From a virus, in IMG/VR virus record IMGVR_UViG_3300025652_000049, positions 1 through 64,000 of that record: a stretch of DNA of 64,000 nucleotides; one strand, written 5' to 3'. The position numbers were made by a program, and so were the translations under genes. Below the pieces are notes generated by a model that saw only the letters and a program-made list of their open reading frames with translations, was not told the origin of the DNA and did no database searches. Below, piece by piece: positions 1 to 11,557 of this stretch. The first letter of the stretch is position 1, and every line of letters starts with the position of its first letter.

Positions 1-3000
1 TGCTATTGTTCTCGTCTGCAATTAAAGCAATATCAATTGCTCCAACTGGAAGGTGCTTAATCTTTTTAAGATTATTAGGAACATAGTAAGCCGTTCTATT
101 AGCTATCTCTCTAATGCGAGTTTCTTTAGCTGTATTGTTGTTCTCTGAATTAATTAAATGTTTTTCATCTAAAGTAAATTTAGGAATATGATATAGAACG
201 CTTTCACCAGTTGATGATTTTACATTTACAAACATACCCTTGCCTTCTTTAAGAACAGCTTTTACAGTAGGGCTATTCATTATATCAGGTAGTGCTTCGT
301 TTTTGTTTTTAACATTAAGCCCTTTCTTAAGAGTAATTTTTGCTAAAGGATTATTTCTTGAAGCAGCCATTTTTAAAGCAATGTTTGTCTCAAGTTTCCT
401 AAGTACATTTCCTGATATAGCTTGGTCTTTATTTTGAGACATTTGATTTGACGCGTAATTAATTAATGAATTAGTTTCTTCATCAAAGAATATAGAAATA
501 CTCTGAGGGCCCGACCAATTATTATTAACGAGGTCATAAAGTATTAATGCATCTTTTATATTATTTGGAAGTTCTGCAAATTCATTCTGAGCAGCTTTAC
601 GTTCTTCAGGGTTCATAGTTGGACCAGAGAAGGATCTATTAGCTGATATATATTGTGAGTTACCAGACAGAGATAAATTAAGAGCCTGGTTAAATAATAT
701 AGAGTTATCATAATCAGAAACAGTTTCTTGATTATTCCCATCAACAGCAGTAATTCCTTTCTGTAACGGATCCAAATATCTTTGTAGCTCTACAAATATA
801 GATTTCGGATTTCCCGGAGTAAGTAAAGCAACAGCTTCATCCATATTAAAATTATTCAACCCCAACAATCTTGCAGTTTGAAAGACTTTAATACTATTTG
901 AAATATCTTCTACTTGAGATGTCGTTAATCTATCAGCACCAATCTTATTCACTAAAGAATTAAGCACTTTATTAGTGGCACCTTGATATACTGGGTTCAA
1001 CACTTTCAAGTGGCTTAAAACCTCTCTTGCTACATTCTCGTAGTTTTTCAAATCAGGGTTTGTTCTAAACTCAGGAGTAAACTTCAAAGTTCTTTTTGCT
1101 ATTTCTTTTTTGGTTTTTGGCGCAGCCATAACCTCATCATAACGATCTAGTTCTTTTTCTAAGACGTGTGGGTTTACATGAATCTTCTTATGACCTCCCA
1201 TTACTTTAGAAACCTTTTGAGTTTCTGAATTCATTTCTTCTAACATTCTAAACAATTCCAAAACATTACCAAATTGCGAACGATTTAATATTTTGCTTTT
1301 TCCTGTTTTTTTATCAATGCTAGTATCAATACTTAATTTTGGTGTTTTAGCTTTCTTAATCTTAAGAGCTTTATAGGCTTGATCAAAAACATTAGAGTAG
1401 TTTGACTCTTCATTATAAATGTTTTTCATTTTAGACTTTAGCTTTCCATATACCTTAGCTGGCTCCGAGTTAAGTATTAAAGCAACTTCCTCTAAACTTA
1501 CCCCTAGGTTCACTAACAATGTAGCTTGTGCTATATTGAAGCTGTCAATACCTAGCTTATCAGCAAAGTGGTGACTTGCATTATCCAATTGGATATTTGC
1601 TAATTCAGCAGATTTTTGATTCCTAGAGTTTTGACCTACCTCAGCATCTCTAAACCTATTGTAAACAGCACCATTTATACTAACTGGTCTAGTAAGTTCA
1701 ATTTCATATGCTGCATATAAGTTCGCAACCTTATGAAGATTGAATATAGGCCCAACATTGTTTTTGGCAACTAGTGTATTATCATAATCTGCGGCTCTCT
1801 GCTCAGGAGAACCGGGCAAATGATACTCTTGATTGTTTTTAAATGTCTGTTCGACTTTCTTAACAACTGCTTCAGTAGAAGCTTTAATATCCATTTTAGC
1901 CTGTATCTGTTCAGCCATAGCACTAGAAGTCCAGTACTTTGTCATTTTATCAAAAGCTTGATTCCATTCAGAGTATTTCTTATTATCTCCTTTGTGCTGA
2001 ATGTAAAGAGCATCACCATCGTTATCAGCTCCAATGATATCATTAAATTCAGAAGATACCATTACTTGATTACCATCACCGTCGTTGTACGCCATAACCT
2101 CAAACACACCTGTTGAAGATGGCCCATGACCAGGAATCCTAGAAGCGATTACAGTTTGCCCTTTTACGTGATATCCAATATGAACACCATTTTCATTGAA
2201 TTCTTCACCAATAAACTTATTAGCTTCTTCATTAGTACTAACACCATGAACGCTTCTAGCTACTTTTAAAGCTGCATATTTAATAGCATTTAAGTCTTGA
2301 AGATGAGTCTGGGTTTCTCTTTTCTTTTTTGGATCACCTGCATTGTAATGATATAAAACACCTTTTCCAGCTTGATTATAAACAGTCATTTTCTGCCTAG
2401 CCATTAAAGGCTTTTGACCTGACTTAGAAACCATACTCATATGACGAGGTAATTCAATTCCAGCAGGATTAATTGAACCGTCGGTATTCTTAGTGTAACC
2501 TTCTAATTTGTCTTTAATACGAACATCTGGCTTTTGGTGAGCGATAGTACCCGGAGTTAACAACTTGTTTCCCGCGACACGTAAAGTCTTAGCTAATTGG
2601 TTTGTTACAATCTCTGTGATATAAGGATGAGACAAAGAACCACCATCTTCAAAGATAATTCTCTGGGCTTGATCCATATCTTCTTTATTAAGACCTGATT
2701 CAATAAGAGCGTGATAATCTTCCATTTTACCACTAGCAATCTTTTCAAGTATTTCATTGAAAGCTTTTTGCTTCTGGTTAGATATGTAGTCTTGTATTTC
2801 AATAGCTAAGTCCATATTACCATTAGCGGTAGCACCTACAATAACCGAGTTAATCATTTGGGTTGGTGTAGTAGATAAACTTTTTACAACGTCCATTAAT
2901 TGTTGAGGTCCGAAATTATAACTTTCTAAACCTACGAAATTTCCTTTTTTGTCATAGAACATTTTATCATAATACTCCATTACACCCTCATGGTCTTGTG

Positions 3001-6000
3001 ACAATGCTTCCATTGTAAACTTAGAACCTAAATCAGTATGTGTTAATTCACCAGTAGTCTTGTTTTCGTCAATAAATTTATCTGGATATAGACTTCCTTT
3101 ATCTGAGGATTGAGTAACAGCAATTGCAATATGATTAAACGACTGATCCGTTAAATCCATACTAGGCTCAACTCCATATTTATCTTTATGTTGCTTATCA
3201 TACTTAGCTTCACGAGCTGTAAGTATATTGTAAAGAGGATGCCCCTTTCTAGCGATTGTTGTGTATCCTTTTAAGTAAGCTAGTTTCCCCGCAAATTGTG
3301 GGTTGTCTTTTTCAACAGAAGCATTTAATAGTTTGAAACCATCGTTCATATCAAATACACCAAGCCCAAGGTTTACTAATTTCTGTGCTGTCTTTTCAGT
3401 AATGTACATAGCACCATCGGTACCAGAAACACTATTGTTTGCAATACTATCAGCTATTGGTATTGCTTCTATTTTGAAGTTCTCATTTTTTGCTGACATA
3501 ATAGGAGAACCGTTAGACTTAAATCTTTTTATTCCTCCGGCCTTTCCTTTGACTCCTGGAATAAATATCTCTCTTGAATAATATCCATTAAGAACACTAT
3601 TGACATATTGTTCAGCAGCTAGGTTTCTACCTTCAGAAGTAAGAACTCCGTCTTTATAGTAATCTGAAAATTGTTTCTTCTTAGAAAAAATATCTGCATT
3701 CTCTCTCATGAATTTAACATTGTTGTTAATTCCTTTAAGAAGATTCTTTTTAAACTCGGCTTTTGTTTGTTTCTCATCAGGAAACAATTCATTGTGCATA
3801 TGAAGTACACTGTTGATCAACTTTCCATCACTGTTAAATTGTAATTTTCTTGATGAAGGAGTTTTTAAAGTTTCTGATATAGTTCCTTTTGGATTACTAC
3901 TAGAAAGAACATTATTAAAAGCATTGTTAAATTCTTTTTCAGTTATCTCCGAAGTATAAGATTGAACAACTGCCTTTGGGTGTGTTCCTACTGGATTCTT
4001 TTTAAAGAACTTCCCGTCTCTTTCGAAAAATTCATAATCAAGCATACCATCACCATCGTAAACTTCTTTTTTAAATGACTTGATTCCTTCTGGAGTTGTT
4101 AAAACATCAAACAAATCTTTAACATCATGTCGTTTCATATTCATATAGAACTTTCTAGGAGAGTCTGAAAAAGCACCCATACTCTGTAAGTATGAACTTG
4201 CTTTTCTTCCATTACCAGACCTCGAGGTAGCAACATACTGTAACATTTCATCAATACGCTGTTCGAATGAAGTACTGTTTTTATAAGTATTCCCTTTGTT
4301 GTTCTGTAAATCTTGAATACCATGAGTTATACTAATGGTTGGCAAGATTCCTAATTGAAACTGGTCGTATATGTGACCTAACAGCAAGTTAGGCTCATAA
4401 GCCTTGCCTAAGAGCTTTGCTTGTTTTTTAGATACATGAGAATACCTGTCAATGAATACCTCTCTAGTAGGCTTGTTTCCGTTGTTGTCTGCTGACATAA
4501 ACTCAATCATGTTATCGACTTCCTTAGTCAAATGATTGTTTGTTATTTTAACAGCCTCCATATTGCCCTCGGCATTTACAACAGTGCTGAGGTTTGTAAA
4601 CTTACGATTTGTAGAAATTAATGCTTCTGCAAGTAATCTACCTTCATATAGATTTACCTGCCCAACAATTCTCTTATTGGTTCCCCTAACCTTCTGATAC
4701 AACAAGTTCTGTTTGATATATCCAGAAATCAAAGTTTCAATTGGTATCATAGTTCCTTTATGAATCAAGACACCTTGCTCCATAACCTTAGAATACTTAA
4801 AGTTTCTAGGGCGATACATGTCGATAACATTAAGATAATCCTGTTCAGTGTCTTTACCTTCTTTAATGTTTTTAACAGACTGTAGAAATGAATTCCACTT
4901 ATCAGAACCTACTTGTTTACCACTAGCATCTTTTACAGATCGCTCTTTGTAAACTCTTGCTAGCACATCTTGTGTATCAGTAATTTCTCTTTGGTTCAAG
5001 GAGTTTACCATCTCATAACTACCATCTGCCTTTAAAGCAGTACGAATACCATTGATATGCTTTCCATTAGAAAATATAAAATGTATTCCAGAAAGCAACT
5101 GCTCATTAGAATCAGGATATACCTTTTTCATAAATCTATTGAAAGCAGCTATCTCCTTAATTTCTGAATTCTCAATATTGTAAATAAACGCTGCTGCGCT
5201 TTTGTTTTCAATAGCAAGATTATACATTACAGACTCCAACAACTCTTGGTTAAGAATAGGAGAGTTTTTACGATTAGTTTTTTGAGTCCTAGTGGCTTTA
5301 AGATGTTTTAACCTGAAAGCCTTATTGTAAATCGTTCCGAATCTTTTTAAAATTCTAGTTGCTGATTTTTTATGAGAATCAAAGTCTTTGTTTTGAAATG
5401 AGATACCATCTTCTACATCATCATCGTAGTCATTGGTTTCTTCGTAAAACTCATCTTGAAAGATGTTTTTTAAAGACCGGCCATTAGTAGCCTTACGTTT
5501 AATTCTCTCTTGAATCTCATTTAAAGCCTCAACATACTGACTGTCATTTTCTCGAGCTCTCTGGTCTAATCCATAAGCATCAAACTTAACTCCTTTGGTT
5601 ACAGCTTTGAATGTATTAAATAAATAGTCCTTCATATTACCTACAGGAAGAGTCTTATCTTCTGCAAGTTCTTTAAGCATTCTATCTACTCCTGTTTCAG
5701 CTTCAATTAATTCGCCTCTTTTCCGAAGCATTCCCCACCATTTCTTAGTATCACGTTTTCTTCTACCTTCATTCTTTAAGGTAAAGACCATATCAAAATT
5801 AGCAGCCAACGGCCCTTCTAAGGTCTTAGCTAACATTTCTTCAATTAAATACTTTTGCTCAGTAAGAGGTACGGTTTTTAAATCACCAGAAGCAACCTCT
5901 TTAGCAATCTGATCATTAAGTTCATCAATTTGAGCTCCATTAAAACCTAGTGCGTTTGCAATCTGTCCTTTTGTAAGTTCTTGGTAGTTTCCTTTTTCAT

Positions 6001-9000
6001 CTAAAACAAGACGATATAGGGTAACATCATCATAACGCTCTCTGATATCTTTAACAAGTTCTTTGTTTGCTAACGATGCTTTAACAAGGGCTTGAGTCTC
6101 TGGCGTATTAATACTAAGTTTAAGATATATATGCGACATCTCGTGCATAAAAGTCTTATCCTGATTAGGAGCCTTTTCATCTATAAAAATAGTCGCGGCC
6201 AATGCATGACCTAAACCTTGTGAACCTACAGATTCAAACAAGTTTCTTACTATAATCAATTGCGCTGGGTCATTGGTGTTTGGAAACATTGTCTTAAGAG
6301 AATGATTCACCACAGCCATTGAGTGCCTTCTTGATGGACTAAGTAAGTTATAGGTTGTGTACCTGTTGAGGTAATTATCTAATTCATTCTGAGAAAGATC
6401 TGTTGCCTCAGTAACCTTAATACCTTTTATCTTATTAAGAACGCTTCGAACAAATCTTGTCTCAAGTATGTTTTGAAGCTTAACCTTTCCTTCAGCTCTT
6501 GATTCACGACTATCAAAAGCTACTGTTTCTGAATTGGCTACTTTCTTAGCATTCTTCTTCCAGTTCTTTTTAGCTTTATCAGCCTTAGCCTCTTCAACGC
6601 TTTCTAAATCTGGTTGTTTCTTTTTATTAGTAACCTCATCTTCTAAAAATGCTTGTTCCTCTTTACTTAAATCTTTATCGACTTCAACCTTCTCTTCGTC
6701 TTTATCGTCGGTATCTTCATCACCTTTTTTAGTTCCATCTTCATTAACACCTGGTTTAATTATCGGCCCCTCTGGAGGATCAATAACTGCATCAGTAGAA
6801 GCATCCTTTTCAATCTTTAAAATTTTTCTAGTTATTTCACTTAAAACAGCATCCGGATTATTTGCACGAATTTCTTCTTCCCTAGTAGAAAGCTTTCCTT
6901 CGGACATAATCTTATCAGCGATATCACTTAAAATACCATCTGGCAAAGTTCCTGTCTCTTCAAAGTTTGACCAAACATCATCACCAATAACTTCATTCTC
7001 ATCAACAGTAGTATCGTCTACCATTTGTTCAGCTTCTTGCTGGGCTTGTTCTTGGGTTTTAGGAGTTCCGTATGCTACACCATCTATAATAGTAGTTCCG
7101 CTAGTTTTTTGTTCTTCTACTTTTTCTATCGGGCCTTCAGCTTCTTCTTGAGCTTTAGCTTGTGCTTCTTCTTCTGCTGCAACTTCACCCGCGGCTTCTT
7201 CATCTATTTCAGGAGTTTTAAACTTATCCTGAATAGACTTAGCCATAGCTTTTACTTTGTCTGTAGCATTTGCAAGAGATGGCATTTCAAATATACCTTT
7301 AGCTTTCTTTTCAGCTTTCTCTGCCAAGTCTAATGCTTCAACGGTAATTCCCATTGCGGTAGCTTTTGCTTTCTTTCCTGCGTTTAAAGCACCATCTATA
7401 AACTTTTTACCTTTACTACGCGTATCTCCTTCACCAGTGTACTCCTTCATTTGTTGAGAAGACAATCCACCAATAACCATTTCATTACCAAATTCATCAA
7501 GTACAATTTCAACCTCTAATGGATTTGCTTTTTTTCCTAGTATTAAATTTTCTTGGTTTTGACGTGCCTCAGCTTTTAATATAGAAAGAGCCTTTACTCT
7601 GGCAGTATATATTTGTTGAGTTTCAGAAATACTCTTTTTCTTATCCTTAATCTCTTGAGCACTCTTAGCATCTATTGCATTTATAACCTCAAGCTTTTCT
7701 TCGGCAATAGCTTTATATTCTTCTAATTTTTTATTGAAATAGTTTTCATCAGCAATATTAGTAAGCAATGCTTTCTTACCTTTTACATTTAAACGATCGG
7801 CTTTTTCAGACTTTTCTTTAAAGCCAAAATACATAGCATCTAAATCAGGTATTTGCTCTTCGTTTATATTTCCATTTTCTAAAAGTGAATTACGAAGGTC
7901 TACATATGCTTGGTCACCATATTTTTCATCAATAGCAATATTACCTACTTGATGCTCTATGTGATATTCTTGATAAGCAAGTTCATCTTTAGTTCCTTGC
8001 TTATTTGTTATGTTAGTTAGGTTTTCAATAGAATTATGTAATCTTAAAGCATCATCAGCTTTTTGATTTACAAGTGTGTTTAAATTAAAAGCACCACCAC
8101 TCACAGCACCCATTACACCAGCTAATACTTTAGTTCCTTTATTCTCTTTAGAATTATAGAAATCCATGAATGAACTTACATCTAACAGGTCTGGATGTGG
8201 AACACCAGTCTTATCAGCAACAGCTTTCTTAGAAGCCCACTCTTCAAATGTTTCTTGAAAGGATTCTTCAATTCCCTCAAAAGCCATTTTCTTTGATAAT
8301 CGACCTAAACCTTTTATTATTGGTGCAACATCATAAGTAAATAAACTAGAAGACATTTTTGCTCTAGCAGCAGCAGTTCTAGGTATGCCACCTTTAGACA
8401 TTGGATTAAGACTTTTTAATGCCTTATACCCACCTCCATAAGTTAAACCCCAAGAAGCCATATCAGCAGCAAGCCAAGCGGAATTATTACGCATAGTTCC
8501 AGCTGCCATATCTCCAAGGTCTTCTTCGGAAAACATTTTTACCTTTTCACCCTGTTCATTTGTATAGGTTAGGTCTTTGTTGTTATTAACGACTCCTGCC
8601 GCGTTTAACATACCTGCATAAACATTACTAGCAATACCCCCACCAATTGCACTAGCAGTTGCATTACCTAATGTAGTAAGCCCTATATCAGTTCCTAGCT
8701 TACCCGCAAGACCTGAACCTTTTCCAGCAGCACCAAATATTTCAGCACCTAAAGCAGTCTTTCCAACTTGCCCTGGTAGTTTTGTAACACCTTTCTTTAA
8801 AAGTGATTTAGCAATAGCTGCACCTCTACCCCCAATATATACAGACTGTACAATCTGAGGTATCATACTAGCTATATTCTGACTCCAAAACTTAGGATTG
8901 GTAACCGAACCCCAACTTAAATTTTCATTCTTTAATTCTTCAGGTATGGCGCTTTTAAAGTTTTCAGCAACATCGGTACCAACATCTTGAAGCATTCTAG

Positions 9001-9439
9001 ATAATACCGTTCCATCAGATATAGTAGGATCAACAATAGCACCCGCCATTTGAACCAAATCACCAGTACCTTTGATAATATAATTACCAACACCTTGCAT
9101 TATATTAACTCCTGCTTCTTCCATCCAACCACGAGCACTATACTCTGGACTCCAAGAATCAGGATCCTCTTCTAAGTCTCTAGTGTTTTGCCCAGCAATA
9201 GTACCTAGCTTTTGATTTGAATATATTTCATTATTAACAGCTTCTTGGTCTTGAGCGTTAGCTTGAACGTTATCAGGTAAGGCTAAATTTTCTTGCTCTT
9301 GCCCTTGCCCTTGTTGTTCTTGCATTTGCTGTCCTCTTTCGGCAGGTGAAAAAGACAAGTCTTGTTCTCTTTCTTCTACTGGTGGAGCAGAACCATTTCC
9401 GTTTTTTGAATTATTAAAAATTTCAAAGATATCTGGCAT
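1..9439 (-). CDS. Giant virion-packaged two-barrel RNA polymerase polyprotein with zincin-like domain (>3146 aa, 3' end beyond window)
   Basis: ATG at 9439 (MPDIFEIF...). In-frame motifs read by hand: HEMSH (6131-6145) with downstream LIEEMLA, GTDGAMYI (~3405-3424), AYLKGYT (~3265), SRIPGHG (~2125-2145), GADNDGD (2012-2032). The ORF track lists no ORF in this frame, consistent with no stop before the window edge. Position after the ejection proteins matches crAss-like vRNAP genes. Confidence 0.9.
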   Translation of the reverse strand, partial: MPDIFEIFNNSKNGNGSAPPVEEREQDLSFSPAERGQQMQEQQGQGQEQENLALPDNVQANAQDQEAVNNEIYSNQKLGTIAGQNTRDLEEDPDSWSPEYSARGWMEEAGVNIMQGVGNYIIKGTGDLVQMAGAIVDPTISDGTVLSRMLQDVGTDVAENFKSAIPEELKNENLSWGSVTNPKFWSQNIASMIPQIVQSVYIGGRGAAIAKSLLKKGVTKLPGQVGKTALGAEIFGAAGKGSGLAGKLGTDIGLTTLGNATASAIGGGIASNVYAGMLNAAGVVNNNKDLTYTNEQGEKVKMFSEEDLGDMAAGTMRNNSAWLAADMASWGLTYGGGYKALKSLNPMSKGGIPRTAAARAKMSSSLFTYDVAPIIKGLGRLSKKMAFEGIEESFQETFEEWASKKAVADKTGVPHPDLLDVSSFMDFYNSKENKGTKVLAGVMGAVSGGAFNLNTLVNQKADDALRLHNSIENLTNITNKQGTKDELAYQEYHIEHQVGNIAIDEKYGDQAYVDLRNSLLENGNINEEQIPDLDAMYFGFKEKSEKADRLNVKGKKALLTNIADENYFNKKLEEYKAIAEEKLEVINAIDAKSAQEIKDKKKSISETQQIYTARVKALSILKAEARQNQENLILGKKANPLEVEIVLDEFGNEMVIGGLSSQQMKEYTGEGDTRSKGKKFIDGALNAGKKAKATAMGITVEALDLAEKAEKKAKGIFEMPSLANATDKVKAMAKSIQDKFKTPEIDEEAAGEVAAEEEAQAKAQEEAEGPIEKVEEQKTSGTTIIDGVAYGTPKTQEQAQQEAEQMVDDTTVDENEVIGDDVWSNFEETGTLPDGILSDIADKIMSEGKLSTREEEIRANNPDAVLSEITRKILKIEKDASTDAVIDPPEGPIIKPGVNEDGTKKGDEDTDDKDEEKVEVDKDLSKEEQAFLEDEVTNKKKQPDLESVEEAKADKAKKNWKKNAKKVANSETVAFDSRESRAEGKVKLQNILETRFVRSVLNKIKGIKVTEATDLSQNELDNYLNRYTTYNLLSPSRRHSMAVVNHSLKTMFPNTNDPAQLIIVRNLFESVGSQGLGHALAATIFIDEKAPNQDKTFMHEMSHIYLKLSINTPETQALVKASLANKELVKDIRERYDDVTLYRLVLDEKGNYQELTKGQIANALGFNGAQIDELNDQIAKEVASGDLKTVPLTEQKYLIEEMLAKTLEGPLAANFDMVFTLKNEGRRKRDTKKWWGMLRKRGELIEAETGVDRMLKELAEDKTLPVGNMKDYLFNTFKAVTKGVKFDAYGLDQRARENDSQYVEALNEIQERIKRKATNGRSLKNIFQDEFYEETNDYDDDVEDGISFQNKDFDSHKKSATRILKRFGTIYNKAFRLKHLKATRTQKTNRKNSPILNQELLESVMYNLAIENKSAAAFIYNIENSEIKEIAAFNRFMKKVYPDSNEQLLSGIHFIFSNGKHINGIRTALKADGSYEMVNSLNQREITDTQDVLARVYKERSVKDASGKQVGSDKWNSFLQSVKNIKEGKDTEQDYLNVIDMYRPRNFKYSKVMEQGVLIHKGTMIPIETLISGYIKQNLLYQKVRGTNKRIVGQVNLYEGRLLAEALISTNRKFTNLSTVVNAEGNMEAVKITNNHLTKEVDNMIEFMSADNNGNKPTREVFIDRYSHVSKKQAKLLGKAYEPNLLLGHIYDQFQLGILPTISITHGIQDLQNNKGNTYKNSTSFEQRIDEMLQYVATSRSGNGRKASSYLQSMGAFSDSPRKFYMNMKRHDVKDLFDVLTTPEGIKSFKKEVYDGDGMLDYEFFERDGKFFKKNPVGTHPKAVVQSYTSEITEKEFNNAFNNVLSSSNPKGTISETLKTPSSRKLQFNSDGKLINSVLHMHNELFPDEKQTKAEFKKNLLKGINNNVKFMRENADIFSKKKQFSDYYKDGVLTSEGRNLAAEQYVNSVLNGYYSREIFIPGVKGKAGGIKRFKSNGSPIMSAKNENFKIEAIPIADSIANNSVSGTDGAMYITEKTAQKLVNLGLGVFDMNDGFKLLNASVEKDNPQFAGKLAYLKGYTTIARKGHPLYNILTAREAKYDKQHKDKYGVEPSMDLTDQSFNHIAIAVTQSSDKGSLYPDKFIDENKTTGELTHTDLGSKFTMEALSQDHEGVMEYYDKMFYDKKGNFVGLESYNFGPQQLMDVVKSLSTTPTQMINSVIVGATANGNMDLAIEIQDYISNQKQKAFNEILEKIASGKMEDYHALIESGLNKEDMDQAQRIIFEDGGSLSHPYITEIVTNQLAKTLRVAGNKLLTPGTIAHQKPDVRIKDKLEGYTKNTDGSINPAGIELPRHMSMVSKSGQKPLMARQKMTVYNQAGKGVLYHYNAGDPKKKRETQTHLQDLNAIKYAALKVARSVHGVSTNEEANKFIGEEFNENGVHIGYHVKGQTVIASRIPGHGPSSTGVFEVMAYNDGDGNQVMVSSEFNDIIGADNDGDALYIQHKGDNKKYSEWNQAFDKMTKYWTSSAMAEQIQAKMDIKASTEAVVKKVEQTFKNNQEYHLPGSPEQRAADYDNTLVAKNNVGPIFNLHKVANLYAAYEIELTRPVSINGAVYNRFRDAEVGQNSRNQKSAELANIQLDNASHHFADKLGIDSFNIAQATLLVNLGVSLEEVALILNSEPAKVYGKLKSKMKNIYNEESNYSNVFDQAYKALKIKKAKTPKLSIDTSIDKKTGKSKILNRSQFGNVLELFRMLEEMNSETQKVSKVMGGHKKIHVNPHVLEKELDRYDEVMAAPKTKKEIAKRTLKFTPEFRTNPDLKNYENVAREVLSHLKVLNPVYQGATNKVLNSLVNKIGADRLTTSQVEDISNSIKVFQTARLLGLNNFNMDEAVALLTPGNPKSIFVELQRYLDPLQKGITAVDGNNQETVSDYDNSILFNQALNLSLSGNSQYISANRSFSGPTMNPEERKAAQNEFAELPNNIKDALILYDLVNNNWSGPQSISIFFDEETNSLINYASNQMSQNKDQAISGNVLRKLETNIALKMAASRNNPLAKITLKKGLNVKNKNEALPDIMNSPTVKAVLKEGKGMFVNVKSSTGESVLYHIPKFTLDEKHLINSENNNTAKETRIREIANRTAYYVPNNLKKIKHLPVGAIDIALIADENNS

Positions 9440-9459
9440 GATATGTTATTTTGTTTTTG

Positions 9460-11538
9460 TTATTGGTTCAACATTTTTACTGTCTGAAACCACTTACTAG
9501 CAACTTCTTTATTTCTTTGGAAAGCTACACTATTTTTATCTAAATCTTCATTTACGTTTAGAAGCCAAGAACCAATAAGCTTTTCGTCTGTATATCCTTG
9601 ATCATAAGACTTAAGATTTTCATCAATATTACCTCCACCTTCACCCATGAGTGTCGTGAACAACTCTGCATCTACTGCTTGTTGAGTAGTTGTCATATTC
9701 ACAGCTGGATTACCATCTGGATAGTCTGCGTTTCTTTGATAGCTATTTCCAACATAATCAAAAGCCATATAAAACCCTTTCATTAAATCAGCTCGGTTAT
9801 CCTCTCCGGCAGAACCTTGCCCCCAATATCTTTCTCCTTCTGTTTTAAAAACATCATCGTTAAAGATTTTTTCATCCAAAGTATTAATAGCTCCTTGAAA
9901 TATGATTTGCTCTTCTTTAGAATTTTTAGCAATATTCTGAAGCATAGCAGCACTATCATTATCCTGTTTTACCGTTTCAGTCAAATCATCATCATCAGCC
10001 AAAGTGTTAGACATTACTGTTTTTATTTGAGGTCTAGAAATATCAATCTCTTTATAGAATAAATCTCCATTTTCATTCTTCATTGCCATAACAGTTGTTA
10101 ATTCAACTTCAGACTTGTAAAATTCGTCTAGCTTCGCTGTTGAACTTTTATCTAAATCCCCATTATCATCATATGCATTTACTAACAGTGCTGGCTTACC
10201 ATCACTTTTCATTGGTGACTTAACCGCTGTTGTAATTCCTAATATTTGATAATTACCTTTATGATCATCTGGGTCTAGTGCATTATCTCCTGTTATCATA
10301 ACTCCGTCCATTCTATACATTTCAGAATCAGGAGTAAAGTTTTGAAGTGTTCCATCTTGAATAGTAAATCCACCATTTTCAGGGAAAACAACAGAGGCAA
10401 TATCAAAAGTATTATGTTCTAGGATTCTTTTAGATTCCTTTAAACCCATATTATCTCTAGTTAAATATATACCGAATTCTCTAGCTTTTGCAAGAGGCCC
10501 AGACTCAGGCATAAAATCAGTTATATCAACACCTTCTTCAGAAAGACTACGGTTTCTAGAGGTTTCAGTAAAGTCTTCTCCAAGTAGTTTTTTAATAGTA
10601 GGGTCATTTTCAGCAAGTGTATCTAATAGTTTTCCATTATAACCACCTTCCTCTTTAGATTTGTTGATGTCAGCAACTTTTAATCCTTTATTTATAATGC
10701 CACTTTTAAGAACATTCACTTCGTTTAAATAACTAGTTGTTGGGTCTTTTTTAGCAAGAGACGATTTTCTGTCATAGACAGCCTTTTGTCTATCTCTAAT
10801 CATTTGCTCACGTATTCTAGTAGTATTGCTACCAGTACCGCCATAACCCATTTTCTTAGCAAATGCAACTATCTTTAAATAATCATCTTGGTTTTTACTA
10901 GGATCTAATGGAGGTCTGTCTGGATAATTAATAGCGTAGTTGTTCATAATCTTCATCATGTTACTACCATTAGATAATATCTTTTCAATAGGAATATCAG
11001 TACCAAAGTCGAAGTTCTTAGAATCAGGTATTTCTACTTCAGACATAATACCATTATAACTAATCGGACCTCCTTCTTCATTAGCATTGTAATCTTCCAA
11101 AGACTTTAAATCTGTTGGAGATATTAAATGACCAAGACCTTTTTCTTTAGCTTCTAATATCTTAGCTAAGTTCTTTTGATTTTCTCCAAACTGAACAGAC
11201 TCATCAGATTGAAGGATATCATTTTTAATTTTATTAAGAGCAGAGAAACCACCTTGTTCCATAAACATTCTCTTAGAACCACCAGTTCTTGCTAAGTGTT
11301 CGGTTACTATTTGTTGAGAAGATGCTATTTTCTTATTTATTCTTTTTCTGTCTTTATCAAGAAAGGTTCCCGCTTTAGCATACATCTGCTCAAACATAAG
11401 TTGCTCTTGCTGTTGCGCTACAACTTCCTTGTCTCTATCTTGCTGGACTTTAGAATCCATTCTTTCCAAGACGTTTAAATCTCGAACCCTACTCTCGGTG
11501 CTATTGATGTTTTGCCTTAAACCTATTAATCCCTCCAT
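9460..11538 (-). CDS. Internal virion (ejection/cargo) protein
   Basis: 692-aa ORF between the muramidase-containing cargo gene and the vRNAP, as in crAss-like gene order. Confidence 0.6.
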   Translation of the reverse strand: MEGLIGLRQNINSTESRVRDLNVLERMDSKVQQDRDKEVVAQQQEQLMFEQMYAKAGTFLDKDRKRINKKIASSQQIVTEHLARTGGSKRMFMEQGGFSALNKIKNDILQSDESVQFGENQKNLAKILEAKEKGLGHLISPTDLKSLEDYNANEEGGPISYNGIMSEVEIPDSKNFDFGTDIPIEKILSNGSNMMKIMNNYAINYPDRPPLDPSKNQDDYLKIVAFAKKMGYGGTGSNTTRIREQMIRDRQKAVYDRKSSLAKKDPTTSYLNEVNVLKSGIINKGLKVADINKSKEEGGYNGKLLDTLAENDPTIKKLLGEDFTETSRNRSLSEEGVDITDFMPESGPLAKAREFGIYLTRDNMGLKESKRILEHNTFDIASVVFPENGGFTIQDGTLQNFTPDSEMYRMDGVMITGDNALDPDDHKGNYQILGITTAVKSPMKSDGKPALLVNAYDDNGDLDKSSTAKLDEFYKSEVELTTVMAMKNENGDLFYKEIDISRPQIKTVMSNTLADDDDLTETVKQDNDSAAMLQNIAKNSKEEQIIFQGAINTLDEKIFNDDVFKTEGERYWGQGSAGEDNRADLMKGFYMAFDYVGNSYQRNADYPDGNPAVNMTTTQQAVDAELFTTLMGEGGGNIDENLKSYDQGYTDEKLIGSWLLNVNEDLDKNSVAFQRNKEVASKWFQTVKMLNQ

Positions 11539-11557
11539 TGTAAGTATTGTTTATATT

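Noticed and set aside
240-9400. Short plus-strand ORFs in the track, and the apparent 9-kb gene desert
   Set aside because: They are antisense shadows of the single minus-strand vRNAP frame, which the track omitted because its stop lies outside the window
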